NCBI RefSeq assembly: GCF_006345805.1
Contig: NC_043002.1
Location: forward strand, 77,686,001 to 77,750,000
Length of the DNA stretch: 64,000 nt
Source: Octopus sinensis
Taxonomy: Eukaryota
Reading direction: 5' to 3'
Position numbers and translations under genes: made by a program. The notes below the pieces were generated by a model, which was not told the DNA's origin, ran no database searches, and was given only the letters and a program-made list of their open reading frames with translations. How positions within the stretch are numbered: position 1 is the stretch's first letter; each line of letters starts with the position of its first letter. This document shows, in pieces, positions 38,040 through 50,332 of this stretch.

Positions 38040-38520
38040 TTTATTTCAAGATTTCTTGCCAATAGAGAAAGAGCCAGTTTCTAACCTAGATCCAAGGCTC
38101 CTTCATTGGAATTTCAACATCAACAATAGGGTATTTTTGTTTGTATGTATGTATGTATATGTGTATGTATGTATGTATGTATATGTGCATATTTGTATGT
38201 TTGTTTTATGTATGTATTCTCATGTATATAGTTGCATATCTAGACATGCTCATATATATCTAAATGATAAATTTCTGGAAAGTTTTACAGATTTTTACAG
38301 TTCCAGTGCTGGATTGGATCTGTAATCTTCAAAATAGCTTTCTCCTTTCTGGTTTTGAGAAGCCTAATTTCTCAAGATTGGTATTTAGGCAGTGTATTAC
38401 ATATCCCAGGGACCCAATAATTACAAGTATAAACCTGAACTTCTAGTCTGGATAGAGTAACTGCAGACTTCTCAATAGTTCAGAGTAGATATTCTCTTTT
38501 TCTCTGATCTTCAGCTGTAT
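38040..38520 (-). mobile_element. 3' end of a second RLE-type retrotransposon family
   Basis: [36 protein letters not shown]...GTVKICKTFQKFII* resembles an RLE C-terminus (K...Y..L...iP.iiG.LG). Confidence 0.65.
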
Positions 38521-38586
38521 GTTAATATCTGCTGGGCAGCTAATTTCCACAACTGTACACAGTTTCTCTTCTCTGTCCCAAATTAT

Positions 38587-38618
<32 letters not shown>

Positions 38619-39990
38619 TGTATGTATGTATGTATGTATGTATGTATGTATGTATGTATGTAGGTATGCATGTAGGTATGTATGTATTACGCTTATTTCA
38701 TTGATGATGGTTAATTCCCAAGGAGCCGGGATTTCTCTAATTTTTTTGTTGTTTTTTTCCTTTGTTAATTTAGATAGTTATTTTGTTTTTATATTTTTTT
38801 TCCAATTAAGAAATTTAGCTACACTAATTGATTTTTTTAAGGTGAATGCCTTAACGAAATACCAATTAGTTCGAGACCTTACTATTTCAGTATTATGTGT
38901 TAGAATTTAGCTGTGGGTCAACTTAGCTTTGATAAAACTACTGTCACTAATTGCTAGGTGTGTTCAACTTAAAAATCAATTAACGAGGCTGAAATTCTTA
39001 ATTGAAAAGAGAATCATTAAAAAGAAAATAACCACCCAAAGTACAAAAAAATTAGCAAAACTCCAGCTTCTGGGGAAATAACCAATATTGAAATAGACAT
39101 GAAGATATGCATCACATAAAAAACACAGGTGATAGTACCACATAAAAAGCATTGGTGATGGTGACACATAAAAAGCACCATTGTTGGTGCCACATAAAAA
39201 GCACTAGTGAGGGTGTCAACGTCAAAAGTGCAGGTAATGGAGTCACATAAAAAGCACTGGTGCTAGTGACACGTAAAAAGCACCCAGTACATTCTGTAAA
39301 GTGACTGGCATTAGGAAAGACATCCAACCATAAAAACCATGACAGAACAGACAATGGGACCTGGTGCATCTCTTGGCCTGACCAGCTCCTGTCAAACTCT
39401 CCAACCCATGCCAACATAGAAAATGGATATTAAATGATGATAGGTTCAGTCCTACTGTGTGGAACTTTGAGCAAGTGTCTTCTACTATAGCCCTAGGCTG
39501 ACCAATTCCTTATGAGTGAATTAGGTTGATGGTAATTCAAAGAATCCATTGGATGTATGTGCATGTGTACATGTGTGTATGCATGTACACATGCATGAGT
39601 GTGTATGTGCATGTATGTGTGTGTGTGTGAGTGTATGTGTATGTGTGCAAGTGTGGTATGCACTGTATTAAGTTTTTGAACAAACTATCCATATTTCTAC
39701 ACAAAGAAAGGTATACAATGGGATGTATAATTATGAGATTTCACCACAACATAAATTATGATGCACAAAAAAAAACACAATAAACAGTTATCTGAAACAG
39801 TTCAATACAATGATAATATTTGTTTTATCATCTTTAGAAACGAAGGATTATGTACATGTACTTTATGCTTCAATCAGTTTAATCTCCAATCCTCAGGTGT
39901 TTGTCCATCAATATGTGTATATTACACTAAATTGGATTTGAACTAAGAACCTTCATTTCTATATTATATGTATTGGGTGCGAGCAATACA

Positions 39991-40078
<88 letters not shown>

Positions 40079-40202
40079 AAAGTGAGATAGGGGTTATGAG
40101 TGTAACCCACTATTTATGTAGTTAATAAATAATATGAATTGGTAATATCTGTAAGTCGATGATTGAAATGAATCTGTTCCTCCATTTTCTTATTTGTGTT
40201 AT

Positions 40203-40240
<38 letters not shown>

Positions 40241-40333
40241 ATTGACATTCAATTAAATTAGGTACTTAAATTGAAGCACCTTGCCAGTTCAGTATAGTCC
40301 ACACAGCTCCAAGTAAGGTGAACGGAATGTGAA

Positions 40334-40633
40334 TAAGTAACAAGGATGTACATGTGTCAATACATTGCAGCCATTTCAAGTGGCCCCTTTTAATTGATCA
40401 ATGAAAACATTACACCAATTTGAAATAAACCGCTCTCTTCAGTAGCAGATGACCATATAGATTTCAAACAACATGGTTGAAAAATGGTTTATCCTTTGTG
40501 TTTCAAATCTATATGGTCATCAGCATCTGAAGAGAGCGGTTTATTTTGAACTGATATCAAGTTTTCATTTGTCAATTAAATTGAGCCACTTGAAATGGCT
40601 GTAATGTATTAACACCTGTACATCCTTATTACT

Positions 40634-40635
<2 letters not shown>
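40334..40635. repeat. Fold-back element / MITE (about 140-bp arms, about 25-nt loop)
   Basis: taagtaacaaggatgtaca...gaccatatagatttcaaac pairs with gtttcaaatctatatggtc...tgtacatccttattactta. Confidence 0.93.
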
Positions 40636-40673
<38 letters not shown>

Positions 40674-40734
40674 CATACAAACATATATATATATACATAT
40701 ATACACACACATAAACACACTCACACACAAGGTA

Positions 40735-41440
40735 CAAAGGTACATTCCAAATGTTTACAGATTTACGGGCCAGACATTTATTAATTTCAAAGAAGTAGAA
40801 AACTCTATTCTCCTTCAAAGTAGGATCTTCTGACTTCAATGCACATATTATAGTGCTCCAGCCACTTCATAAAGGCCTCATGGAAGTCATCCAAAATGAA
40901 GGTGTCCAAGATCCTTGTCACAGCCTCCTTTGTCCTCAAAATGATTGCTCCTGAGGTTCTGCTTCAACTTTGGGAACAGTCAAATGTCACAGGGAGCAAG
41001 GTTTTTTTTACTGTAGAAAGGGTGGAGGACAGTTCTGATACCCAGCTCTATCAAGTAGCTGGTTATCAGGATGGTCATCACTGAGCACCCTGAAAACGAA
41101 GTTAACACAAATTTTGCACATGTTCAGATCTTCATGAATAATCCTGTGTACAGTTACCACACCAACTCCAGACTGTATGGTGTCTTTTTAGACACACAAC
41201 AGTCTTCATTCAGAAAATTATGAATTTTCTCAACCAGCTCTGATGTTCAGTCAGCTCTTTCCCTCTCCAACACCTCTCATCATTCACCACCTTTCTACCA
41301 TCCTTAAAACTCTTCAGCCAACAAAAAAGTTTGTCCATATGCCGTCTTGAGCGGTTCATAAATTTCTGTAGCATTTTTGCCCACCAATTTAATACAAAAC
41401 TTTACTGTCTAGCAAGCTTCCAAATGTCCCCATTGCATTC
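40735..41440 (-). mobile_element. Decayed, internally deleted mariner
   Basis: N-terminal FCIKLVGKNATEIYEPLKTAYG and further frameshifted transposase remnants. Confidence 0.65.
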
Positions 41441-42558
41441 TGTAAATTAGTCAGTTGTGACAAGTAGTGTCTAGTAAGGCATGTTTAAAGTGCTGTTACA
41501 CCTGTCTCCACCCACACACCAACAACTATTAACCCTCAACAAAGTTCAGATGAAGAACTCATAAATGGCATACTGCTTCCACATCTGGAAAAGTGCTGGT
41601 GTTACACATACACATACATGTTAGACCACATTCAGAGAAGGGCTGCACATTTGAATTGAATGTAGGCTGAATCTCAAAACACTGAGCGTTACAAAGGACA
41701 TAACAAAGGACCAAGATATTTGGCACCTTGCAGTGCTCAAGAAGACCCATCTACCACAGCAGCCCCCATGACAGTGCTACATAAAAATTACCCATGCTGG
41801 AGCCATGTGAAAAGCACCTGAGCCAGCACTCTGAAACAAGGTTTGTCGCCATTCATACTGGCAAAGATCACATTTATTCTCCACTGTATTTTATTTTGAA
41901 ATTAATTTAAATTATATTGTGAGAGTTGTCACTTTGCTCATCTTGACCAAAATCAATAATTAACATAATTTTTTTCCCCCAATTACTAACAGTTGTTCCC
42001 TCCAGGACCCACTTGAGGATCCTGGAGCATATTTCCTTTGTGCTCCCACACCATGCCTCAGAACAAATTGCAAGTTTATTGCTGGTTGTACCATCATCGA
42101 ATGGTTGAATCCACATTACTCCATAATGAGCATAGGGCTGTTTTCCCAGTCTTTCTGATGTATATAATCTTCCTTGGATGGGACACAGATCCATCTCAGG
42201 ATTACTCATTATTACCAGCTGAGTGGACAGGAGCAACATGAAATGAAGCGTTTTTTACTCAAGAACACAACTCACTACCTGGTTCAAGAATCAAAACCAC
42301 AATCTTACAATCATGAGTCCAACACCCAACACCCTAACCACTAAGCAATGCATCTGAGTGAAGACTGCAGTTTATTTTTTTCAAACAGAAACCTCTACCT
42401 AAGATCCAAACACATCCATTGTAAACCCACATGACAAACAATGCAGTGTGGTTATTCTTTCAAACCCTTTTCATATTGCGGCTCTTGGAGATCTTATGCA
42501 TACCAGGCACCAAGCTGGTATTTGTATTGGAAAGTATAATGATAGTTGCTTCTGACAG

Positions 42559-42630
42559 GGCCTTATTGACAAGATGCCTGAGGACTCTACCCATACGATC
42601 CCCCGGGGAATAGCAAGCAGAAAGATGAAT
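42559..42630 (+). CDS. Candidate 72-nt internal exon (phase 0/0): GLIDKMPEDSTHTIPRGIASRKMN
   Basis: Acceptor ttgcttctgacag, donor AAT|gtaagg, one open frame; no homology recognised. Confidence 0.3.
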
Positions 42631-42799
42631 GTAAGGATAATGATTTTTTTTTTTTTTTTGGCTCATCACATGTGAAATTTTAATTAATTTCAAATTCTAG
42701 TACATTACATTAAGTATATTAACATTCACTTTATTATTAGAGATGTATTATCATTCATCTATTAAAACTCTGTTACAGATTCCATTAATATGTGATATG

Positions 42800-43200
42800 G
42801 TACGACATCAAGTGGTCAAGAAAATTGTATTTATTACATTGCAAACTTCAGCGTGAGACCTCTTACCAGAACAATCAATATTAGACATAGTTGGCAGGGT
42901 TCATTCCTTTTATTCTTGTGTCAGTTGTCTTATGAGTGAGTCATGGTGTTGTTTAAACTGTTCAATTTGTGAGAATGGCTTTTGATGTTAGTATATTTGC
43001 TATTATTTGAAAGGAGATGTCCTAGTTTTGAAATTTTATGGTATATAACGAAATCTAATTTATCTTCAAGATTAGTGCAATGTACATTTAATTTAATTAT
43101 CCACTCAAAACTCTTTCATCAGTTTTATAATTAGCATTCACTTGATTTTTGTAGTAGATTATAAATGTCCTTTTGCCATTTGTATTGGTTGGTGGAACTA
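42800..43200 (-). mobile_element. Penelope-like remnant
   Basis: IYYKNQVNANYKTDERVL...DKLDFVIYHKISKLGHLLSNN resembles the PLE linker before the GIY-YIG domain. Confidence 0.55.
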
Positions 43201-43233
43201 CTGTTTCCTTTCTGGTTGATGTAGATAGCTATA

Positions 43234-44128
43234 CATAGTCTGATCAATAAGTATCCGGACTGTTGTCATAAGAACAAAGCTAAGACACACAAAGTAAAGC
43301 CGCTTAGCACAGACTGACCTAGAATTTTGCTGTGCATGCGCACTAAGTTTTAATGTTCTAGCTCACTTCAACTGTTTACAGCAGTGCTTGGAATTAACGT
43401 GCATAATGTGAGAGCATCGCATTGACCATGACAAAGAAAGTTGAGCAGAGAATCTGCCTCAAATTTTGACAAATGCTTGGCAATACCTGCTCAGAGGCCT
43501 ATGCAAACTTTTTTAAAAGTTTTCATTGTTTACTACACAATCAGTTAGATCTTGTGCAACTGAAACCTGAGTGTCTTTTTGGTCAGCTGAAAGCAGTTTT
43601 GGCACAAACTTGGCAGACACACATCTCATACCCAAATCTTCAGTAATAATGGACTTAACTGAACCATACCTAATCTGCACATCCTCTGATAACTCACAAA
43701 TGGTGATTCAATGATTTCTCCTCACAGCTACACACACATCTGCGAAGTTTTTCTCAGTTCTGCTGATTGCAGGTCTCCTAGAATGTTCCTCACTATCAAC
43801 ATTTTTTTAGCCATCTTAGAAACGTCTGAACCACTCATACACTTGTGTGCGACTCATACACTCCTCTTCATAAACCTTCTGCAACTTTGCATAGGCCTCT
43901 GAGCAGGTATTGCCATGACAAATTTTTCTGTCATGGTCAATGCAACGATCACACATTATACATGTTACTTCCAAGCACTTCTGTAAACAGGGGAAGTGAG
44001 CTAAAATATTAAAACTTAGTGTGCATGCACAGCAGAGTTCAAGGTCAATCTGTGCCAAGCAGCTTTACTCTGCATGCTTTAGCTTCGTTACTATAGCAAC
44101 AGTCCGGATACTTATTGATCAGACCTAA
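43234..44128. mobile_element. Mariner derivative made of two inverted 5' ends
   Basis: About 28-bp TIRs GTCTGATCAATAAGTATCCGGACTGTTG with TA flanks; the inverted repeat extends 240-275 bp to GCCTATGCAAA. Plus arm encodes MTKKVEQRICLKF*; minus arm encodes ..CSEAYAKLQKVYEEECMSRTQVYEWFRRF..FVPKLL. Confidence 0.88.
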
Positions 44129-44228
44129 TACATTACTAGAACTACAGCTCAAGACCTATTTGAAATCATCTAGTATTATAGCAAGCTATTTATCTGTCTA
44201 TCTACCTATAGCAATATACATCCGGATC

Positions 44229-44567
44229 CGGGACCCCCTTCGGTCACGACACTGACCATGGGATTGCACCTAGAAAGTTACCCTCCTAGTCACAAGTCTG
44301 GGCATGGTTGTTTATGGAAGACCAGCAGTCGCCCATGCATACCAGCCTCCCCTCTCCACGCCACCAGTATTATCCAAGAGAAAGGCAAAGGCCGATACAG
44401 CTTGGCACTCGTGACGTCGCAACTCATTTCTACAGCTGAGTGAACTGGAGCAACGTGAAATAAAGTGTCTTGCTCAAGAACACAACACGCAGCCCGGTCC
44501 GGGATTCGAGCTTACAACCTCACGATCGTAAGCTCGACGCTCTAACCACTGAGCCATGCGCCTTCAC
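44229..44567 (-). mobile_element. Young tRNA-derived SINE (older copy at 51938-52250, +)
   Basis: Head GAAGGCGCATGGCTCAGTGGTTAGAGCG...GCTCGAATCCC; CpGs intact. Confidence 0.85.
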
Positions 44568-44571
44568 AAAT

Positions 44572-44602
<31 letters not shown>

Positions 44603-45149
44603 CATACATACATATATGTATATATGTAAAGTAGTTGAAAGGAAAAGGAAAATAGTAGTTGAAAATTTCATTTTCATATTTTTATTACTTGTTCTGGCTT
44701 TTTTTTATGAATATGATGCATCTTTATAAGAAATCATTCTTCTTCTCTTTTTGGACCTCTCAAAAAGTTTGAATTGTTCTCTTTTGAACTTATTTTTTCC
44801 CTATATATATATATATAAATATATACAAAAATTCTATAATTATAAGCAAATTGCTTCACCACATACCGAAATTTAGAAATAGCAGTTAAATACTATTCCT
44901 CCACCATAAGATATCTACCAGACAGCAATACTCTTAATTCACGTAGGTAAAGAGAAAAAAATAACGAATTCACACAATTTGATCAACCACAAACGTGTTT
45001 CTGGATAAAACACGTTTGAGAGTACTGATAATTAAATACTTATTCAACCAAGCAACATCGAATAGCTATTCGATGTCACTGCTTTATATTTTTTATTTTG
45101 TACATGTGCATTGTTTGTTTTTGATTCTGTATTCTGTCAGCTACACAGT

Positions 45150-45420
45150 ATAATAGGGTCAGTTGAGCACCGCCTGTCAGAAAAAGAGCACCATGACGTA
45201 ATTCACTCAGCCAGAAATTTGAAAATGACACACTGTACTGCTTGGCATTCATGCCGGAACTGCCAATACAAACATTTCAGAGTGTTTGGGTGTCAATTTG
45301 CAGACAGTACAATCTGAGGACATGTACCAAGAGTGATAAAAATCTAACATCCAATCAACATCATGGTGTTTGAAGTGATCACTAGTGATGGCAACGTTAT
45401 GTCCCCATTCATCTTCTCAT
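45150..45420 (+). mobile_element. Internally deleted Tc1/maT-like transposon remnant
   Basis: MT*FTQPEI*K*HTVLLGIHAGTANTNISECLGVNLQTVQ (HTH-like) followed by IMVFEVITSDGNVMSPFIF (DDE-domain-like). Confidence 0.55.
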
Positions 45421-45882
45421 CATCTTAGTTTAACAGCCCTCACCGTTTGTTTTTACTGTTTTGTTCTCACTGTCCGGTTCTTGTTACCACTTTCACCCTC
45501 CACAAAAAATCCCAAATTTTATTTAATTTGCTTTGCAGGAAGGACTGTTTCAATGAAGTCGTGTCTTGTCCTTGCTTTTGAAATGTGAAGTAGTTGAAAC
45601 AGGGACAACTGAAAAAGGGGAATATTCTTTATGTTGTATGTCTCGTTTCTCTGTTTATTTGTTTTTTTTTTGTTGTTCGTAAAAAGTTCATTTCTATGTT
45701 TTTGTTTTTATGTTTTCGTTTCTCATTGTGTTCAACGTTTTTTTTTTCTTTTGATGTCCTGTACTCATATATGCATGTATATATACATATAGATGTAGGT
45801 ATGTCATATATGTATGTATATATGCATATATTTATATATTATTTATATTATTATATGATTGAACACCACGCATCCTTTTCAA

Positions 45883-45927
<45 letters not shown>

Positions 45928-45932
45928 TATTA

Positions 45933-45976
<44 letters not shown>

Positions 45977-48089
45977 TATATTTCTATGTGTGTGTGTGTG
46001 TATCAAGAGTTGAGTTCATTAGTCACCAGTGCAGCTGCCAGAAGTGTAAAGTGTAATTTTATCTGAGAGCACTATATTCTTATTGGCTAGTGATGGTCTT
46101 CCTCATTCACTAGTAGACAGCTATCATATATATGATTGGATGGCCTGGGGTTATAGGAGAAAGAACTTTATATCCATACAACCATGCTTGTATGACTGAA
46201 TCTCTAAGAGAGAACTGATATATCTTCATAAGCCCCAAAACACTGAAAAATGAAGTAAACTTTGAAAGGATCTGAGCTCAGAGTGCAGAGAATCAGAACA
46301 AATATTGTGCAGCATTCTGTTTGGTACTTTAACCACTCTGCCAGGTCAGCCTGCTGTGTGTGTGCTTGCATATGTGTATATGTGTGGGTATGTGTATGTG
46401 TGTGCTTGCATATGTGTATGTGTGTGGGTATGAGTATCATCATCATCATCTTCGTTTAGCATCCGCTTTCCATGCTAGCATGGGTTGGACAGTTCAACTG
46501 GGGTCTGGGAAGCCAGAAGGCTGCACCAGGCCCAGTCTGATCTGGCAATGTTTCTACGGCTAGATGCCCTTCCTAACACCAACCACTCCATGAGTGTAGT
46601 GGGTGCTTTTTACGTACCACTGGCACAGGTGCCAGACGAGGCTGGCAAACAGCCACGATTGGATGGTGCCTTTTACATGCCATCGGCACGGGGGCCAGGT
46701 GAGGCTGGCAATGGCCACAATCGGATGGTGCTTTTTACGTGCCACTGGCACGAGGCCAGTCGGGGCGGCGCTGGCAACAGCCACGTTCAGATGGTTCTCT
46801 TATGTGTATGTGTATACATATATGTATTGGTGCAGACAGACAACCTTTGCTTCCCAACCACATGGTTTTTGGTTCAATTCTACTGCATAGCAAGTATATT
46901 TTACTAAAGCCCAACACTGACCATCAAAAACAAATCATTGGTTTACCTAGCCATTAATATCAGTGTGTGTATATTTTTGTGCATCCTTGTCTTGTTGTAA
47001 AATGAATATCATGCACTTCCAATATTCAGCAAAAAGATGTCTGGCCATGGGGAACATTAGTTAGCTTGGAAACAGGTGAGGCATCCACTCATAGAAAATC
47101 TACTTCATTCCATCCAACCCATGCATGCATGGAAAAGAGTGTGTCAGAATGGTGATGATCACCATTATGATCATATATGTGTGTGTGAATGCAGGGTATG
47201 CATTCAAGTATCTACACATCAAAACAATACATATTTTCACTGTCACTGCACAACCACACAATTGCCAATAATTACAAAAGAAAAAAAGCAAGATAAAAAG
47301 ATTTTATTAAAAAAAACATCCTACACAAATTGCTAATAAATAACAAATGTTTTTCTACAAAAGAATATGAGTTGTAACAAACCCTTATTTATGAATTTTG
47401 TCTATTAACAATGATTTTCTAAGGTAAGTGGGTACTGATCTGTTCACAGAAAATTCCCTACATTTTTATCACTGATTCCAAAACCTCATGAATAAAACAC
47501 CATTGTTTTCAAACTATAAATATGTTTCAAATCATAAATCATTATGAATTTTGGAATTTTTTTGTGTATGTATTTCTTTTATTTTGATAGTCTCTTTTGC
47601 ATGATGAATTCTTTTGTAGTATTGAATTTGTTTATATATATATATATAACATGTCACTATAAAAAAACTGCAAATGCCTTAACAGAATTCTAACAATTTC
47701 TTTTTAAAAAATATTCTCATCAAACTGTAATATTCTAATCCCACCAAATATTACGTAGAAACGATTTTCTCCCTTACATTAACTGGCCACTAGAAGTCAC
47801 CATGTGTAATATTGTTCACTTGCTCTCAAATACAGACACATATCCAGAAATTTGGAAACAAGCCCAACCCTTTTCACTCAAAAGCTCTTTGTCTTCTCAA
47901 AATATGTCCTATCTACTTACTAAAGCTTTTATGAGTTTAGTTTTGGAAAAAAAATCAGTAGTGATCAATTCCTTAATCATCCAGGATTGGTAGCTCTCTC
48001 TAGTAACAATTCATAGAGCTTCCAGGAAATGAGGTTTATATATCAACTTCAAGCACAGAAGGTATTTAATGTTATAAAATTTTAAAGAC

Positions 48090-48860
48090 ATAAAATTAAC
48101 ACAAATCAAAACCTTATTTGAAGATACCTGTCTTATACATTTGCAAAGTTATTGTCTAGAAATTCCTTTGCATACTTTACGCTACCTTTAAAATAGGGCC
48201 TATATTATAAAACAGTTATTTTGAGGTAGCCATGGAAAATGTTTATCAAGAAACTTCGAGTGACTCCAAGATACAATATCTACATATCATCTTAAAACAC
48301 TGGAAAATTTTGGCACAATCTAAATTATTATAATGTCTAGAAATCCTTGTTTCCAGCTCTTATTAAAGACAGAGAGGCCAGGGACCAAGAAATGAGATAT
48401 ACATATAATCCTTAAGTACAAATGGAGTCTAAATCTGGAAAATTTTGACAAAATATAAATTAGCACAAAGTCAGCAAATCTTTGTTTAGAAATACTTGTC
48501 TTATATATTTGCAAAGTGAGTTATTATTTCTCACATGCCCTAAATTACATTCTAAAATAGGGAACATGTTCTACTCCTAAATTATAAACAATCAGCTCTT
48601 ATTCAAAACAGGCTAGCCATGGAAAATGTTTATCTAGAAAGTAGAAGGAAATTCCCAGATATGAGACTTACATGCCTTTTATAAACATCCCGGAAAATTT
48701 TGAAGAAAAAATAATTACAGGGAAGTCAGCAGACCTTTGTTTAAAAATACTTGTTATATCTTTAAAATACAGACTACATGTTCTAGTCTTAGATTTTAAA
48801 ACAGTCAGCCAGCTCTTATTAGAAACAAGGTAGTCATGGAAAATGTTTATCAGTAACTTC
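48090..48860 (-). repeat. Diverged 150-390-bp tandem array, possibly a decayed LRR-coding sequence
   Basis: G(C/T)CATGGAAAATGTTTATC at 48229, 48616 and 48833; CAGCTCTTATT and GGAAAATTTTG also recur. Confidence 0.7.
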
Positions 48861-49599
48861 TATGTTATAAACTGACTTATCTAAATTTAACAACTCCAAT
48901 ACAACTTCAATGAGTCTTTTAAACTAGTGTAGGAAAAAAATAGTTTCTGACGAGAACTTTTTTCTGCTTCAACTTAGTTATTTAGAGGAACACTTCATTA
49001 CAGAATTTCTAACTTGGCATGCAGTCATAATGTCACTCATAACAGATTACCATTACTTCAAGTATTCCTTTAGGACAGTAGATTGGCAGAATCATGAGAG
49101 CACTGGACAAAATGCTTCAAGGTATTTGTTCTTAGTTCAAATCCTGCTAAGATCAATTTGGCCTAGGGTCAGTAAAATACAGTAATACTCAAGTACTGGG
49201 GTGAATTTAATTGACTTAAAGACCTCCCCCAAGTTTCAGGCCTTGTGCCAATGTTAGAAAGAATTATTTCAGGCATTCCTTAAAACTAAACAACAGCTGT
49301 CACTCACAAGTCAATATGGCTTGGTAACATGTATCATATTTTCACTAATTGTTTCAGGTACCTAAATAGTCATAAGCTGACATAGTCACCTTCTTGGCTC
49401 TCCTGTTTTTGATCCAGCAGAGCATTCAAAATGTGAAAGCTAGAGAAAGAGAGCTGGTACTCATTTTCAGCAGAGCAGATTAGAGCGACATGAAACAAAG
49501 ACCCTTACACGAAGACACAATATGTTGCCCAGTGCAGGGATTAAGCCAACAACCTAAAGATTGTAAGCATAACACCCCGAACACTAGCCCACATACTTT

Positions 49600-49990
49600 C
49601 ACATCATCATCATCATCATGTCTGTTTTCCATGCTGGCATGGGTTGGATGGTTTAACCAGAGACAATTTGACCAGGTGCCACAACAGGCTCCATTGTCTG
49701 TTCTGGCATGGTTTCTATGGCCAGATGCCCTCCCTAACACCAACTACTTTTCTGAGTGTACTAGGTGTTTTTTAAGTGGCACCAGCACCAATGCTTTTAA
49801 CATGGTACCAGCACAATGCTTTTTATGTGGCAGCAGTACCAGTACCACGTCTGCTGTGGTGGATAGGTCTTCTTGAGTACAGCAAGGAGCCAGATCTTGA
49901 TCTTGATCCTTCATAAGGCTTAGCATTCTGAGATTGGCCTTCACAGCTTCATCCCATGTCTTCCTGGGTCTACTTCTTCCACAAGGTAGA
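49600..49990 (-). mobile_element. RTE extreme 3' end plus 3' UTR repeat
   Basis: RPRKTWDE-like end contiguous with the AAAAAGCAC repeat and (GAT)n tail. Confidence 0.75.
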
Positions 49991-50266
49991 CATCCCTTGT
50001 GGATTACTTATTTCAACCACCAGCTTTTCATTTTAATTCCCCTTAACCATATTCAATTGTAACCCTTTGTATGCAAATAACATTATATCCACTCCATCAG
50101 AAATATCAGCTCATCTCTGCTTTTCTTCCCTCCACTGACAATGGCTACCAAAAAAAAAAAAAAACAGAATAAATAGATAAATAAATAAATCCCATACAGA
50201 TAACAAACCCACCACTTAATGATCTGGGATATCTGTTCAGGAAGCCCTCAATTAACTTCCTTATAG

Positions 50267-50332
50267 AATTTTGTGAAAGCGCCACATTGGAATTTTGAAA
50301 TTACCAACAACTTCACTATCACAATAAAAGCA
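50267..50332 (+). CDS. Candidate 66-nt exon (phase 0/0): NFVKAPHWNFEITNNFTITIKA
   Basis: Acceptor ttaacttccttatag, donor GCA|gtaagt, one open frame; no homology recognised. Confidence 0.3.

Noticed and set aside
38288-38430. Apparent + strand exon (VPVLDWICNLQNSF...)
   Set aside because: It is the antisense of the RLE retrotransposon C-terminus.
40495-40530. CTGATGA...GAAAC in the arm of the 40.3-kb palindrome as a hammerhead
   Set aside because: Stem II cannot pair and no stem I, stem III or cleavage triplet fits.
42553-42555. In-frame TGA in C-F-*-Q-G as a possible selenocysteine codon
   Set aside because: No recognisable selenoprotein family or SECIS element; the TGA is better explained as part of the ctgacag acceptor.
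45140-45317. Acceptor plus ORF LHSIIGSVEHRLSEKEHH...
   Set aside because: A different frame is a decayed Tc1-like transposase N-terminus.
47360-47430. Strong AAG|gtaagt donor
   Set aside because: All three upstream frames contain stops.
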